A program made the translations under genes and the position numbers. From IMG/VR virus record IMGVR_UViG_3300032288_002343, positions 1 through 64,000 of that record: a stretch of 64,000 bases of DNA. One strand, written 5' to 3'. The first letter of the stretch is position 1. The number at the start of each line of letters is the position of its first letter. The stretch comes from a virus (taxonomy: Duplodnaviria; Heunggongvirae; Uroviricota; Caudoviricetes). Positions 19,433-30,340 of this stretch are shown in pieces. The notes below the pieces were generated by a model. That model did not search any database. It was not told where the DNA came from and saw only the letters and a list, made by a program, of their open reading frames with translations.

Positions 19433-19685
19433 AAAGAAAGCTGCTCCTAAAAAAGCAGTAAAGAGAATGGGGTACCTGTATATTGATCTACTGGATAATA
19501 ACACTGCAGATGTTCAACTAGATTGCATTAATGGTGAAATGGTAGAAGCACTTGCAACAGTGTTCAGTGATGCTAAACATCCTGTCACTAGAATAGTTGT
19601 TACAGCATTAGGTTTAGCAGTTACTGAATTAGAAAAGAAAGAAAAGAAAGCTAAGAAAAAAGCAGCTCCCAAAAAGAAGAAGTAA
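19422..19685 (+). CDS. lysine-rich histone H1-like DNA-binding protein
   Basis: 87 aa. KKKAAPKKAVK at the N-terminus and KKEKKAKKKAAPKKKK at the C-terminus. Its stop overlaps the DNA polymerase start. Confidence 0.5.
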   Translation: MATKKKAAPKKAVKRMGYLYIDLLDNNTADVQLDCINGEMVEALATVFSDAKHPVTRIVVTALGLAVTELEKKEKKAKKKAAPKKKK

Positions 19686-21640
19686 TGAATGTAATCATCT
19701 ATGACATAGAAACCATGAAGGAATATTTCCTCGTGGTAGCGCTGATTCCTGGAGAACCATACAGAGTGTTTGAGGTGAATAAGGACAAGAATAGCCTTGA
19801 TGCATTTATATCTTTCACAGAGAAGTATAAAGACTACTACTGGGTAGGATATAATAATATACGCTTTGACTCTCAGGTGGTAGAATGGGTAATACGCAAC
19901 TGTGAATATTGGCATGAACTTTCCAATTTGGAAATAACAGCCAAGATTGCTCAGAAGGCAGCTGATGTTATAGATGATGCTAATCATGATGTATTCCCTG
20001 AATACCGTGAGTCAGACCTTACACTCAAGCAGCTCGATCTATTTAAGGTGCACCACTTTGATAATAAGAATAGAAGGGTGAGCCTAAAGAGACTAGAGTT
20101 TGAAATGGATTTGGAGAACATTGAAGAGATGCCTATTCACCATAGCAAGGAGAATATGACCACAGAGGACATAGAGCTCACAAAAGAATATTGCTATAAT
20201 GATGTATGGGCCACTTATCAGTTCTATTTGGTCACTATTGGTGAGACAGACCATCCTTTGTACAAGGGTGAGAATAGGATTGAGCTGAGACAAGACATAG
20301 AAGCAGAATTTGGGATACCCTGTCTCAATTATTCTGATAGTAAGATTGGGGATGAGATGATCAAAAAGTATTATTGCGAGCAAAAGAGAATAGATTATCA
20401 ACAGCTACCCAAAAAGGGTTATTTTAGAAAGAGTATTGCTGTTAAAAACTGTATTGCTACATATGTAGAGTTTCAAACAGCTGAGCTACAAGCCTTCCTT
20501 AAGAAGATACGAAAGATGAGCTTAGGTCTGCAAGATGATTTCAAAGAGGAACTACACTTTTATGGGAATGTGTATTCTTTTATGAAGGGTGGATTGCACA
20601 CAGAGAATAGCCCAAAGATATTTGAAGCTGATGATGAGTATGAGATAATTGATTGGGATGTAAGTTCCTATTATCCAGCCATCATTATTAATAACGGGCG
20701 CTATCCATATCATCTAGGTCCTGAGTTTCTTAGAGGCTATCAAGAGATGTTCAATAAACGATTGGAACTCAAGCCTTTAGCTAAGAAAGATAAAAAGATT
20801 AAGGGGATTGTAGGTGCACTCAAGCTTGCTGTAAACTCTGTGTATGGTAAGAGTAGTGACATGCAAAACTGGATCTATGATAGACAGCTCACTATGTTCA
20901 CCACTATCACGGGTGAGCTTAGTCTAATGATGCTCATCGAGGCGTATGAACTAGCTGGTATTAACGTAATAAGTGCAAACACTGATGGTGTCACCATAAG
21001 AATAAAGAAGACACTCATTGACAAGATGCATGAGATTAATGCCTGGTGGTCCGAGCTAACTAAGTATGAGCTAGAAAGGGCTGATTATCAAAAAATTATA
21101 TTTTCCACTGTAAATGACTATCTTGCGATAAAAACAGATGGAGAAGTTAAGAAGAAGGGAGATTTTGTCACGGATTTCGAGCTTCATAAGAACAAGAGCG
21201 CTAGAGTTGTCCCTCTGGCTCTTGAACAATATTTTCTTAATAATGTACCTGTTGACACTACTATTAAGTCTCATAATAATATCTTTGACTTCTGCCTGAG
21301 ACAAAAGGCTAGCAAGGATTTCCATTATGAAGGCATAGATAGAGCTACAGGTGAAAAGAAGGTGTACAATAAGCTCATCCGTTATTATATCTCTAACACA
21401 GGAGAGAAATTACTCAAGGTAAAGAACGAGGATAGTGATAGTGGTGCTGCTGATGTTTCTCAAGTGGAAGCAGGAGAGTGGCTAGCCACTGTATGCAATC
21501 ACTTGAAGAAAGACCATCCTCTTGATAATATCAATTATGATTATTATATTGAGAGAGCTGAGCGTCTTATCTACAAGATACAATCAGAGGGTAAAAAACG
21601 CAAGGTGGCTGTCAATCCTAACCAATTAAGTTTATTCTAA
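19685..21640 (+). CDS. family B DNA polymerase, compact phi29-like
   Basis: 651 aa. Exo I YDIET, Exo II NIRFDSQ, Exo III YCYNDVWATY, motif A DWDVSSYYPAII, motif B KLAVNSVYGK, motif C variant SANTDGV. Confidence 0.8.
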   Translation: MNVIIYDIETMKEYFLVVALIPGEPYRVFEVNKDKNSLDAFISFTEKYKDYYWVGYNNIRFDSQVVEWVIRNCEYWHELSNLEITAKIAQKAADVIDDANHDVFPEYRESDLTLKQLDLFKVHHFDNKNRRVSLKRLEFEMDLENIEEMPIHHSKENMTTEDIELTKEYCYNDVWATYQFYLVTIGETDHPLYKGENRIELRQDIEAEFGIPCLNYSDSKIGDEMIKKYYCEQKRIDYQQLPKKGYFRKSIAVKNCIATYVEFQTAELQAFLKKIRKMSLGLQDDFKEELHFYGNVYSFMKGGLHTENSPKIFEADDEYEIIDWDVSSYYPAIIINNGRYPYHLGPEFLRGYQEMFNKRLELKPLAKKDKKIKGIVGALKLAVNSVYGKSSDMQNWIYDRQLTMFTTITGELSLMMLIEAYELAGINVISANTDGVTIRIKKTLIDKMHEINAWWSELTKYELERADYQKIIFSTVNDYLAIKTDGEVKKKGDFVTDFELHKNKSARVVPLALEQYFLNNVPVDTTIKSHNNIFDFCLRQKASKDFHYEGIDRATGEKKVYNKLIRYYISNTGEKLLKVKNEDSDSGAADVSQVEAGEWLATVCNHLKKDHPLDNINYDYYIERAERLIYKIQSEGKKRKVAVNPNQLSLF

Positions 21641-22071
21641 TGAAACTACAGAAAGGAGATCGATTCAAAGATTATATAGGTAATCTTTGTTTCATTAGTT
21701 ACATGAGAGGAGATATTGTCAAGCTCACATTTATTGCTGAGAAATCATATGTAGAGGTGTGGGATAAGAAAGAGTTTATTAGTGAAATAGAAGGAAATAG
21801 ATTCTTTCCACAACCCAAAGAGCCTGTCAACAGGCTTAATATACAAGAACATCTAATTGAGTATCAGCTGAATATGGTGGGTAAAACCACAGAAGATGCT
21901 AAAAAGGATGAGCTCTGGTATTACAACACTACAATGACTAGCAAACAGTTTGAACTGTTCAAATCCTACGCTATTCCTCTCCTGAGGAAAATATTTAAAT
22001 TCAACAAACGCAAGGCTGAGCAAACTTTTGACTGGTTCAATTTAGGCTATGGCCTTCGTGTAAAAGACTAA
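21640..22071 (+). CDS. hypothetical protein
   Basis: 143 aa ORF coupled to the polymerase stop. Confidence 0.45.
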   Translation: MKLQKGDRFKDYIGNLCFISYMRGDIVKLTFIAEKSYVEVWDKKEFISEIEGNRFFPQPKEPVNRLNIQEHLIEYQLNMVGKTTEDAKKDELWYYNTTMTSKQFELFKSYAIPLLRKIFKFNKRKAEQTFDWFNLGYGLRVKD

Positions 22072-22341
22072 CCTATGTTCTGGTACATTATTATCGGTGC
22101 ATGCATATTTGCAGCATGGATAGCGTGGGAAATCCACAGAGCTCCTACTATTGAGGACGAAAATGATACATTTTTAGATGACCCAACTACCACATGTTGG
22201 GATAATGATCATCACCCAGATCAGCCACACTAAAGCATATTTATGGGAAAGTACGAGAATAACGCCAAACTTGAAATGTTTGGCATGATAGGTCTATCTA
22301 TCACACTATTACTTATTATTTTATTTAATAAATGTTAAACC

Positions 22342-22896
22342 ATGGGATCACAAGCATTTGAAACCAGAAGCAGAGGTAAATCTGCAAAAGAAGCATATCA
22401 GAATGCAGTTGATAACGCTGAATCAGAATATGGTCACCAACAAGGATATAGTGGTGCTATCAATTCTACGCCAGGATTCAGAGATGTGACAAAAGAATAC
22501 AAAGCTAGTCGTAGAGATCTTAATAAGTATATTAGTGAAAGAATAGAACAGCTTACAAAGTTCCAAGGTGCAGAATGCATTTGTATTAAGGAACCTATCA
22601 CTAACACTAACAAAATTAAGACACAGGTGGAACATGTTGTAGAGAAAGGCACTAAGAAATGGGTGCTGAAATATGTTGCACAGAGTCACTACAAAGGAAG
22701 AATTGGTGCATTTAACACGAAAGGAGATGCAGTGAAAGCTGCTAGGAAGTATACAGAAGAAACTGGTAACTCTTCCTATGTAGAAATGCAAAAGGTGTTA
22801 GAGAATGGAAACACTATTACAGCAAAAATCACCTATAAAAAAGCAACAAATGAAAGAGAAGGAGAATGGATTTTCTACGGATGGGCATCCTGCTGA
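22342..22896 (+). CDS. hypothetical protein
   Basis: 184 aa ORF. Confidence 0.45.
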   Translation: MGSQAFETRSRGKSAKEAYQNAVDNAESEYGHQQGYSGAINSTPGFRDVTKEYKASRRDLNKYISERIEQLTKFQGAECICIKEPITNTNKIKTQVEHVVEKGTKKWVLKYVAQSHYKGRIGAFNTKGDAVKAARKYTEETGNSSYVEMQKVLENGNTITAKITYKKATNEREGEWIFYGWASC

Positions 22897-23283
22897 TTGT
22901 TTGTATCACTTAACAGATGAAACAGGAAACACTTATTACAATTACATCATCATATGTGGAGAACCATGGGCACATAAAGAAGTGAGAAAGCACAATGCTG
23001 CTTTATACACCTTTGGTGAAATGCTCACAGCAAAGTCTTATTTTGCAAAGAAACGTGTGAGAACATATGAGCAAAGAGTTGATAAACCTGGATACAAAAA
23101 GAGAACAAATGAAAAACCAGCAGAACTTTCCTGAAGATTTTGAGCGGGAATACCTAAAAGAATCCATATATTTGCAGGCTGACTTCACTAGAACAGAAGA
23201 AGACATCATGCAGGAAATTATTGAAGAAGAGAATAGACTTCCTGCAAAGATTACAGTGATTTACGAGAATAAACCCCAGCCAC

Positions 23284-23913
23284 ATGACAAACTTAAAGAT
23301 AACGCCTTACCATTTTGAAGAACTAATCAAGAAGAGTTATTCTCTAGATGTTATCTACTTATTAAAGTTGATAGAGGAGCAGTTTGATGTTCAACCTCTG
23401 TGCCAAAATAGTATGAAGATCGCTGCACTCTATCAAACTTTGATGAGGAAAGGACTTATATCTGAAACAGATGAGAAGATAACAACAATAGGTGAAGAGC
23501 TTCTGAAGTTCATGGAAACAAAAGAAGCAACAAAGATTGTCAAACGCAAGCCTGCCACTACAGAGTTTGAAGAGTGGTGGAAAGCATATCCAGGCACTGA
23601 TACATTTACTCACAAGGGTAAAAAGTTTACAGGAAACAGAGGACTTAGACAGAACAAAGATGAGTGTAGACTCAGGTTTGATAAGATACTACTAGAAGGA
23701 GAATATACAGCAGCTCAACTAATAGAAGCGCTAACATTTGACGTCCTTCAGAAGAAAGAGAATTCTGTCAAGACTGGCAATAACAAGCTTACATTCATGC
23801 AGAACAGCCTCACCTATCTCAATCAGAGAAGTTTTGAGGCATTTATCGAACTAATTAAAGAAGGGGCAAAGGTTGAAGAAACTAATAGCCCTGCTGGAGG
23901 TACAGACATATGA
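23284..23913 (+). CDS. hypothetical protein
   Basis: 209 aa ORF coupled to the downstream helicase gene. Confidence 0.45.
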   Translation: MTNLKITPYHFEELIKKSYSLDVIYLLKLIEEQFDVQPLCQNSMKIAALYQTLMRKGLISETDEKITTIGEELLKFMETKEATKIVKRKPATTEFEEWWKAYPGTDTFTHKGKKFTGNRGLRQNKDECRLRFDKILLEGEYTAAQLIEALTFDVLQKKENSVKTGNNKLTFMQNSLTYLNQRSFEAFIELIKEGAKVEETNSPAGGTDI

Positions 23914-24977
23914 GTTTTGAACTACTTAAGAAAGAGGTAGAGCTAGGCCTAGAAGGTCGTAATAGCGGCATACCTATGGGTTTCAATAGGCTGAATAGAT
24001 ACATAGGCATACGCAAGAGCATGTACTTTCTTGTAGGTGGTTTGACAGGTTCAGGTAAAACTTCCTTCATAGATGATGCATTTGTGCTCAACCCGTTTGA
24101 CTGGTATATCAGCCAGAAGGACCCAGGAGTGAAGCTACGCATTGTCTATCGTTCAATGGAGCGATCTAGAACCTATAAGCTAGCTAAATGGGTAGGCAGG
24201 AAGATATTCCTAGACCAAGGGGTAATCATTCCCGTGCCTAAGTTATTGGGTTGGACAGAGAAGATGACCAAGGATGAGCATGACTTGTTCTTGATGTATG
24301 AGGATTATATAGCCCAAATGTCAGAAGTCATCACTATCATCGATGGTCCAGAGAATCCTGTAGGTATAGCCAAAGAATTAAAAGCGCATGCCTTGGAAAA
24401 TGGGCGCATTGAGCAGATAGATGAGTTTAACAAGCGCTATTTCCCAAACAATGATAATGAAATCACTATTGTTGTCCTTGATCATATTGGTCTACTAAAG
24501 ACCACCAAGGACCAGACTACTAAAAAGCAGGCTATTGATAAAATGTCAGATGAGCTAAGATTTGCTCGTGACTTTTATGGATATACGCCAGTGGTAGTGA
24601 GTCAGTTCAATCGTGATATTAGCAATCCTATTCGTATTAAGAATGGGGATGTTGAGCCTCAGCTGGAAGACTTTGCAGAGAGCTCTCAAACTCAGAATGA
24701 TGCTGATGTGGTGTTAGCGCTGTTTGATCCTATGCGTTATAAGGTGGCAGACCCTAGTGGTTATGACCTGAATAAACTAAAGGATGAATTTGGTGCTAAG
24801 TATTTCAGGAGTTTAAGACTTATTAAGAATTCCTATGGAGAAGATGATGTACGCATTGGTCTAGGTTTTATGGGCCAGATTGGTATGTTCAAAGAGCTCC
24901 CTAAGAAATCTCATATGACAGACTCTGATTATGAATCTGTGACAAACAAAACATTTTTTCTAAATAATAAATTATGA
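23910..24977 (+). CDS. DnaB-family replicative helicase (RecA-fold C-terminal domain only)
   Basis: Walker A GGLTGSGKTS, Walker B-like VVLDHIGLL, DnaB H4-like SQFNRD. Confidence 0.55.
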   Translation: MSFELLKKEVELGLEGRNSGIPMGFNRLNRYIGIRKSMYFLVGGLTGSGKTSFIDDAFVLNPFDWYISQKDPGVKLRIVYRSMERSRTYKLAKWVGRKIFLDQGVIIPVPKLLGWTEKMTKDEHDLFLMYEDYIAQMSEVITIIDGPENPVGIAKELKAHALENGRIEQIDEFNKRYFPNNDNEITIVVLDHIGLLKTTKDQTTKKQAIDKMSDELRFARDFYGYTPVVVSQFNRDISNPIRIKNGDVEPQLEDFAESSQTQNDADVVLALFDPMRYKVADPSGYDLNKLKDEFGAKYFRSLRLIKNSYGEDDVRIGLGFMGQIGMFKELPKKSHMTDSDYESVTNKTFFLNNKL

Positions 24978-25378
24978 TAAGTATTAAAATGTTCTCTACA
25001 GTTCCCTGTAAAGAAGAACTTTTTTGGCAAATAGTATTATTACCCACCGTTACAATCCTAAGAAGTCCTGATGAAGCTAATCAATACACAGTAGTAGGCT
25101 TTGAGTGGCTCTTTTGGAGTGTATCAATCTTCATTAATGACAAGACAAGAGTATCTAACAATCAGACAAACCAATCCTACTATACTAATATATAATAGGT
25201 ATAAAGAGAGGCATAATCCTTCCAAGCATGGGAGGCTTATGTCTGCTCAGGAGCTTTTGACATTTCTTCCTATGTGGCGTAATCCTCGTGATGTAATGGA
25301 AAACATTATTGAGGAATATGATTTACAGTTTGGAATTGTAGAGCTTCTTGACAGGAATGGACAATTTATAACAGCACT

Positions 25379-26476
25379 ATGACATTAAGAGATCAGAGAC
25401 AAAAAGAGTTTGCTGATGTATGGCTCAATCATGGCAAGTTTGGGATACTTAATCTGTGTCCCAGGTTTGGTAAGATATATACCACCATTAACATCCTTGA
25501 AAAGCTCAAACCAAAAAGCATACTTATTGCCTACCCAGACAATAAGATTAAAGAGTCCTGGAAAAAGGACTTCGAGACCCGTGGATATGATGATAGTAAT
25601 GTTACGTACACTACCCATCTTTCTATCAAGAAGCATCTAGAGGAAGCCTTTGATCTAATAGTGATTGATGAGATACATCTGTTATCAGAGGCCCAGATAG
25701 AAGCTACTAGAGAGATGATAGATAAACACATGGAATTCAATCACATAGGAGGACATGTGTTAGGACTTACAGGTACACTATCCAGCTGGACAGAGCGTAC
25801 ATTAGAGGAAGAGCTAGACCTGCATGTATTAGCTACCTATTCCATTGAGCAGGCTATAAACGAAGGAGTGATAGTGGATTATGAAATCACTGTCGTAAGA
25901 GTTCCTTTAGATAACAAGCGTAAGAACAACTATAAGGGCAAACAACGCACTGAAAAGCAACAGTTTGATGCTTATGGATGGGTGATTGATAGCCTTGAAA
26001 GACAGGGTAAAGCTACCATGTTTCTCAGACTTGCAAGAATGCGTATTATTCAGAACAGTGTGGCTAAAATGGAAAAGACCCGTGAGCTCCTTAAGAAGCA
26101 CAAAGATGAGCGTGTGTTGGTGTTCTGTGGTATTACCAAGATAGCTGATGCACTGGGTATACCCTCCTACCATTCTAAGAAGGAAGAGAAAGAGATATTT
26201 GACAACTTTGTAGCTGGTAAGGGTAAACATTTAGCTGTCGTAAAGATTGGTAATACAGGGGTTACGTATAAACCATTAAACCGTGTAATCATCAACTATT
26301 TTGATAGCAATGGTGAGAACTTAGCTCAGAAGATTAACAGATGTATGGCTATGGAATATAATAATCCCGACAAAAAAGCTATGATATACATCGTTTCTTC
26401 CTATGAAGAAGTAGAATTAAAATGGCTAAAAAAAGCACTAGAATTCTTTGATAAAGACAAAATAAAATTTGTTTAA
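25379..26476 (+). CDS. superfamily II DEAD/DEAH-box helicase
   Basis: Motif I-like PRFGKIYT, motif II VIDEIH, motif III GLTGTL. Confidence 0.6.
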   Translation: MTLRDQRQKEFADVWLNHGKFGILNLCPRFGKIYTTINILEKLKPKSILIAYPDNKIKESWKKDFETRGYDDSNVTYTTHLSIKKHLEEAFDLIVIDEIHLLSEAQIEATREMIDKHMEFNHIGGHVLGLTGTLSSWTERTLEEELDLHVLATYSIEQAINEGVIVDYEITVVRVPLDNKRKNNYKGKQRTEKQQFDAYGWVIDSLERQGKATMFLRLARMRIIQNSVAKMEKTRELLKKHKDERVLVFCGITKIADALGIPSYHSKKEEKEIFDNFVAGKGKHLAVVKIGNTGVTYKPLNRVIINYFDSNGENLAQKINRCMAMEYNNPDKKAMIYIVSSYEEVELKWLKKALEFFDKDKIKFV

Positions 26477-26530
26477 TTCAAAAGAATTTCCTATCTTTAT
26501 AGCTATTAAATCACAAATTAAATAAAGCAC

Positions 26531-27202
26531 ATGTCAAGTAAACTCATTGCAATTGTGGGTGCTACTGGTACAGGTAAATCTACCTCCATTAAGCATCTAG
26601 ACCCAAAAGAAACGTACATTATCAACGTAGCAAAAAAAGAATTACCATTCAAAGGCGCGGACAAATTGTACAATGCAGAAAACAAGAATTACAAGGAAGT
26701 AGATGATGCAAATGAAATTACACGTTTGCTCAAAACTATTTCAGAAAAAGCTCCTCACATCAAAAACATCATTATTGAGGACAGCAACTATATCATGAGT
26801 TTTAATCTCATGGAAAAAGCTGCAGAGACAGGTTTTACCAAGTTCACTCTGATGGCTAGAGATATGGTTGATTTATTCAGAACTACACGTAAGTTACGTG
26901 ATGACCTAAAAGTGTTCTATTTCTCACATCCTGAAACTGTAGAAGATGGTGGTGAGATTATAGGATACAAAATTAAAACTGCTGGTAAGATGATTGATAG
27001 TCAGATTGGACTAGAAGGTTTGCTCACCGTATGTTTGTATACATATGTAGAGGAAACTAAAGAAGGTACATGCAGCTATCATTTTGTAACTAACAGATTC
27101 AGAAAGTATCCTGCTAAAAGTCCTGAAGGTATGTTTGGTGAGATTAAAATCCCTAACAACTTACAACTAGTAGCAGATGCAATAGACGAGTATTATAAGT
27201 AA
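26531..27202 (+). CDS. P-loop NTPase (Sak4-like / AAA-like)
   Basis: IAIVGATGTGKST Walker A. 223 aa. Confidence 0.5.
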   Translation: MSSKLIAIVGATGTGKSTSIKHLDPKETYIINVAKKELPFKGADKLYNAENKNYKEVDDANEITRLLKTISEKAPHIKNIIIEDSNYIMSFNLMEKAAETGFTKFTLMARDMVDLFRTTRKLRDDLKVFYFSHPETVEDGGEIIGYKIKTAGKMIDSQIGLEGLLTVCLYTYVEETKEGTCSYHFVTNRFRKYPAKSPEGMFGEIKIPNNLQLVADAIDEYYK

Positions 27203-27236
27203 AGCACATATTAATTAACAATCAAAATTCAAAACA

Positions 27237-28100
27237 ATGATTCAAGGCGATCAAAGAGAACAGAAACAGGTACAAGAGTATGCAAAGAAGGTAGGATTAT
27301 TTGAGGCTGAAATTATAGCTATCAATCCTACAAACGAAGAGTACAAAGATGTCTTAGGAATTGAACTTCCTGCAGACAGTAAAGCAACTGAGTATTTAGG
27401 TAAGAGCAGAGATGGCAACACTTATTTGCGTGTTGACGTATGGCTGAAAGAAGTTAAGAACGGTGATAAGTTCAAAACTACATTCTTCCTAGAGGACAAA
27501 GAGCGTGAGAACAAGGATGGCTCTAAGAAGCAGTATATCAATAATATTGGTAAGTGCGCTTGGGCTGATGATCCAAACAACCTGAACGAGTGGTTTGCAA
27601 AACGTGACTATCGTGTAGCTTATGTAGGTGAGGAAGAGCTTTATGAGTTCCTTCGCACATGGTTAGGTAAGCTTGATTACATGAAAGATAATACAGTGTT
27701 GCAAGCTGACTGGAAGAAACTTATGAAGGGTAACCTGAGTGAGCTAAAGAGTCAGGTGGATGGTGCTTATTGCACAAATGTTGTAGCTCTTGCAACTATC
27801 GTTACAAAAGAGAAAGATGGTGAAACTAAGGAGTATCAGGGCGTATATAACAAGGCATTCTTGCCAGCTTATGCTCTTAAAGCATTCCGTCTCATCAATT
27901 ATAATGATGCAAGTGAGCAAAGTAAGCTTCGCAGCAAGAAACTAAAAGATCTTAAAGTTCATGAGCGCTTTGTAGTGAATGTTACAGGCGAGTATGGATG
28001 TAGAGATTTCTATATCCTCCGTGATTTGAAAGACTATAATGCAGATGATAACCTTGTGGCATCAGATGCAGTGCTTTCTGATGATGGTGGTGATTATTAA
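27237..28100 (+). CDS. hypothetical protein (possible ssDNA-binding/annealing role by context only)
   Basis: 287 aa ORF between the ATPase and a terminator. Confidence 0.45.
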   Translation: MIQGDQREQKQVQEYAKKVGLFEAEIIAINPTNEEYKDVLGIELPADSKATEYLGKSRDGNTYLRVDVWLKEVKNGDKFKTTFFLEDKERENKDGSKKQYINNIGKCAWADDPNNLNEWFAKRDYRVAYVGEEELYEFLRTWLGKLDYMKDNTVLQADWKKLMKGNLSELKSQVDGAYCTNVVALATIVTKEKDGETKEYQGVYNKAFLPAYALKAFRLINYNDASEQSKLRSKKLKDLKVHERFVVNVTGEYGCRDFYILRDLKDYNADDNLVASDAVLSDDGGDY

Positions 28101-28122
28101 TTAATTTTCTTAACCTCAAATA

Positions 28123-28158
28123 GCCCTCATCAGTAAAATGATGGGGGCTTTATTTTTA
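28123..28158 (+). terminator. rho-independent terminator
   Basis: GCCCTCATC-agtaaaat-GATGGGGGC hairpin followed by TTTATTTTTATT. Confidence 0.55.
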
Positions 28159-28160
28159 TT

Positions 28161-28544
28161 ATGATAGAAATTCCTGTAAGTGCGGGGGAGCTCCTTGATA
28201 AATTGAGTATCCTGCAGATAAAGAAAAACAAGATAACCAATCCTGAAAAGCTTGAAAAGGTGAGTCATGAGAGTAAGTTACTAATGGCTTTATCTCTTCC
28301 CTATCTAGAGAAGGAAGTTATTGATAAGCTGTTTAATGATCTTATGGGTGTCAATCTACAGCTTTGGGATGTAGAAGATAAGCTCAGAATTCTTGAGAAA
28401 GAGCAACGCTTTGAAGGAGAATTTATATCTTTAGCCAGAGCTGTTTATCATCTCAATGATGAACGTTTTAGTATTAAAAATAAGATAAACGTTCTACTAG
28501 GAGCAGACATTCACGAAGTAAAACAATATATTGAATACAAATGA
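28161..28544 (+). CDS. hypothetical protein
   Basis: 127 aa ORF. Confidence 0.45.
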   Translation: MIEIPVSAGELLDKLSILQIKKNKITNPEKLEKVSHESKLLMALSLPYLEKEVIDKLFNDLMGVNLQLWDVEDKLRILEKEQRFEGEFISLARAVYHLNDERFSIKNKINVLLGADIHEVKQYIEYK

Positions 28545-29545
28545 TTCAAGGAGACATCAAGCTAAGACTTACGCCTCAAGCTGTTCTTAGTAAGATATCA
28601 GAGTATGACATCTTTAGATTCTACATGCCAGCTAAAGACTGGAAGATTAATCAAGTCACTTATTCTCCTTTCAGAAATGAGAACAATCCTTCGTTTCTAA
28701 TAGGGACCAGAAAAGGTTATCTGTCATTTATAGATTTTGCAGACACTAGCAAACGTGGAGATTGCTTCACATTTGTCAAAATGCTATTTAATCTAAGCAC
28801 TATGGATGATGTGCTCAGAATGATAGATAGAGACTTTGGACTAGGATTTCTACCAGGCACCTCAACAGACAAGTATAAGACTATTCAGAAGGAATACAAG
28901 CAACCAGAAGACTTAGGTAAGCGCTATTCCCTGATACAGGTAGTTACCAGAAAGTTTACTAATGAAGAACTTGCCTATTGGAACCAGTATTATCAGAGTC
29001 TTGATGATCTCAGAGCTAACAATGTCTATTCCATCAAACAGCTATTTCTAAACAGGAAGAAGTTTCCTTTAAAGGAAACAGATCTCAGGTTTGGTTATTT
29101 CTATGATGGTCATTGGAAAATCTATCGTCCGTTTGGAGATAAGAAAAGCAAATGGGTGCCTAATAATGTCCCTATCACTACAATGGATGGAAAAGAGGAT
29201 ATAAAGAACTGCAGAGTGGCATTTATCAACAAGTCCAAGAAGGACTATATGGTGATGAAGAAGGTGTTCCCGTGTTGTTGTGCTGTCCAAAATGAGGGCG
29301 TAGCATGCTTCTCTGATGAGAATGTAGAATATCTAAAAGCCAACTCTGATAGGCAAATTCTGTCCTTTGATGCAGATGAAGTGGGTGTCAAAAATAGTCA
29401 AATGATAACTAGATTGTTTGATTTTGAATATGCTAACGTCCCACGTAAGTATCTAACAGAAGGTATTAAGGATTGGGCTGATTTAGCTAAAGAACATGGA
29501 TTTAGAGCCATTATATCGTATTTAAACGAGAAAAAACTTTTATAA
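28541..29545 (+). CDS. Toprim-like protein, possible primase
   Basis: ILSFDADEVG acidic DxD-like cluster. Location within the replication module. Weak support. Confidence 0.4.
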   Translation: MIQGDIKLRLTPQAVLSKISEYDIFRFYMPAKDWKINQVTYSPFRNENNPSFLIGTRKGYLSFIDFADTSKRGDCFTFVKMLFNLSTMDDVLRMIDRDFGLGFLPGTSTDKYKTIQKEYKQPEDLGKRYSLIQVVTRKFTNEELAYWNQYYQSLDDLRANNVYSIKQLFLNRKKFPLKETDLRFGYFYDGHWKIYRPFGDKKSKWVPNNVPITTMDGKEDIKNCRVAFINKSKKDYMVMKKVFPCCCAVQNEGVACFSDENVEYLKANSDRQILSFDADEVGVKNSQMITRLFDFEYANVPRKYLTEGIKDWADLAKEHGFRAIISYLNEKKLL

Positions 29546-29555
29546 ACAAACAAAC

Positions 29556-30338
29556 ATGGAAACTAAAAAGTCCTACGAAACAGCAAAAAGTATTTTGTTG
29601 GGAGCAGAACTTCCACAAGAAACACGCACCTATAAGCCTATTACACATCAACAGCTTATAGACCTGACACTAGAAAGCATACAGAGTGCAGGGTTTGAAC
29701 TAGAATCAGAGCGATATTCTGCAGCCAGAGGTGGTAATGTTGCTAATGGTAGATATACTATTAAGAATGTAGCAGATAATGAAATGCAGCTACAGATTGG
29801 CTGGCAGAATAGTTATGATAAGACTATGAGCTTGAAGTTTGCTATTGGTACACACATCTTTATTTGTCAAAATGGTTGTGTATCAGGAGATTATGGTGCC
29901 TTCAGAAAGCCTCACAAGGGTGAAATACAGACATTCACTCCTAATGCTATTACAGAGTATATTAAGCAAGCAGGTGATGCATTTGCTAAAATGCAGGCTG
30001 ATCGTGAGAAGATGAAGCAAATAGAAGTGACTAAGCGCACTTGTGCTGAGCTCATTGGTCGTATGATTATCGAGGAGAACATCATTGAGAGCACACAGCT
30101 TAACATCATCAGAGGCCAAATGGATGCTCCATCATTTGATTATGGTGCACCAGGCAGCATGTGGGAGCTTTACCAGCACACCACTTATGCTATGAAGGAA
30201 GTACATCCTTCCCTTTGGATGAGAAATCATATCAATGCGCATAGCTTCTTTGTTAATGCTGCAGGGATTATAGTAAGTCCTACACAAATTGAGGTGCCTG
30301 AATCAGGAATGTTACAACAATTAGAAATGCAATTTTAA
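29556..30338 (+). CDS. hypothetical protein
   Basis: 260 aa ORF. Confidence 0.5.
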   Translation: METKKSYETAKSILLGAELPQETRTYKPITHQQLIDLTLESIQSAGFELESERYSAARGGNVANGRYTIKNVADNEMQLQIGWQNSYDKTMSLKFAIGTHIFICQNGCVSGDYGAFRKPHKGEIQTFTPNAITEYIKQAGDAFAKMQADREKMKQIEVTKRTCAELIGRMIIEENIIESTQLNIIRGQMDAPSFDYGAPGSMWELYQHTTYAMKEVHPSLWMRNHINAHSFFVNAAGIIVSPTQIEVPESGMLQQLEMQF

Positions 30339-30340
30339 TT

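Noticed and set aside
22423-22791. Minus-strand ORFs inside the plus-strand 22342..22896 gene
   Set aside because: Antisense shadow ORFs in a uniformly plus-strand block, with Cys/Phe/Leu-rich low-complexity translations.
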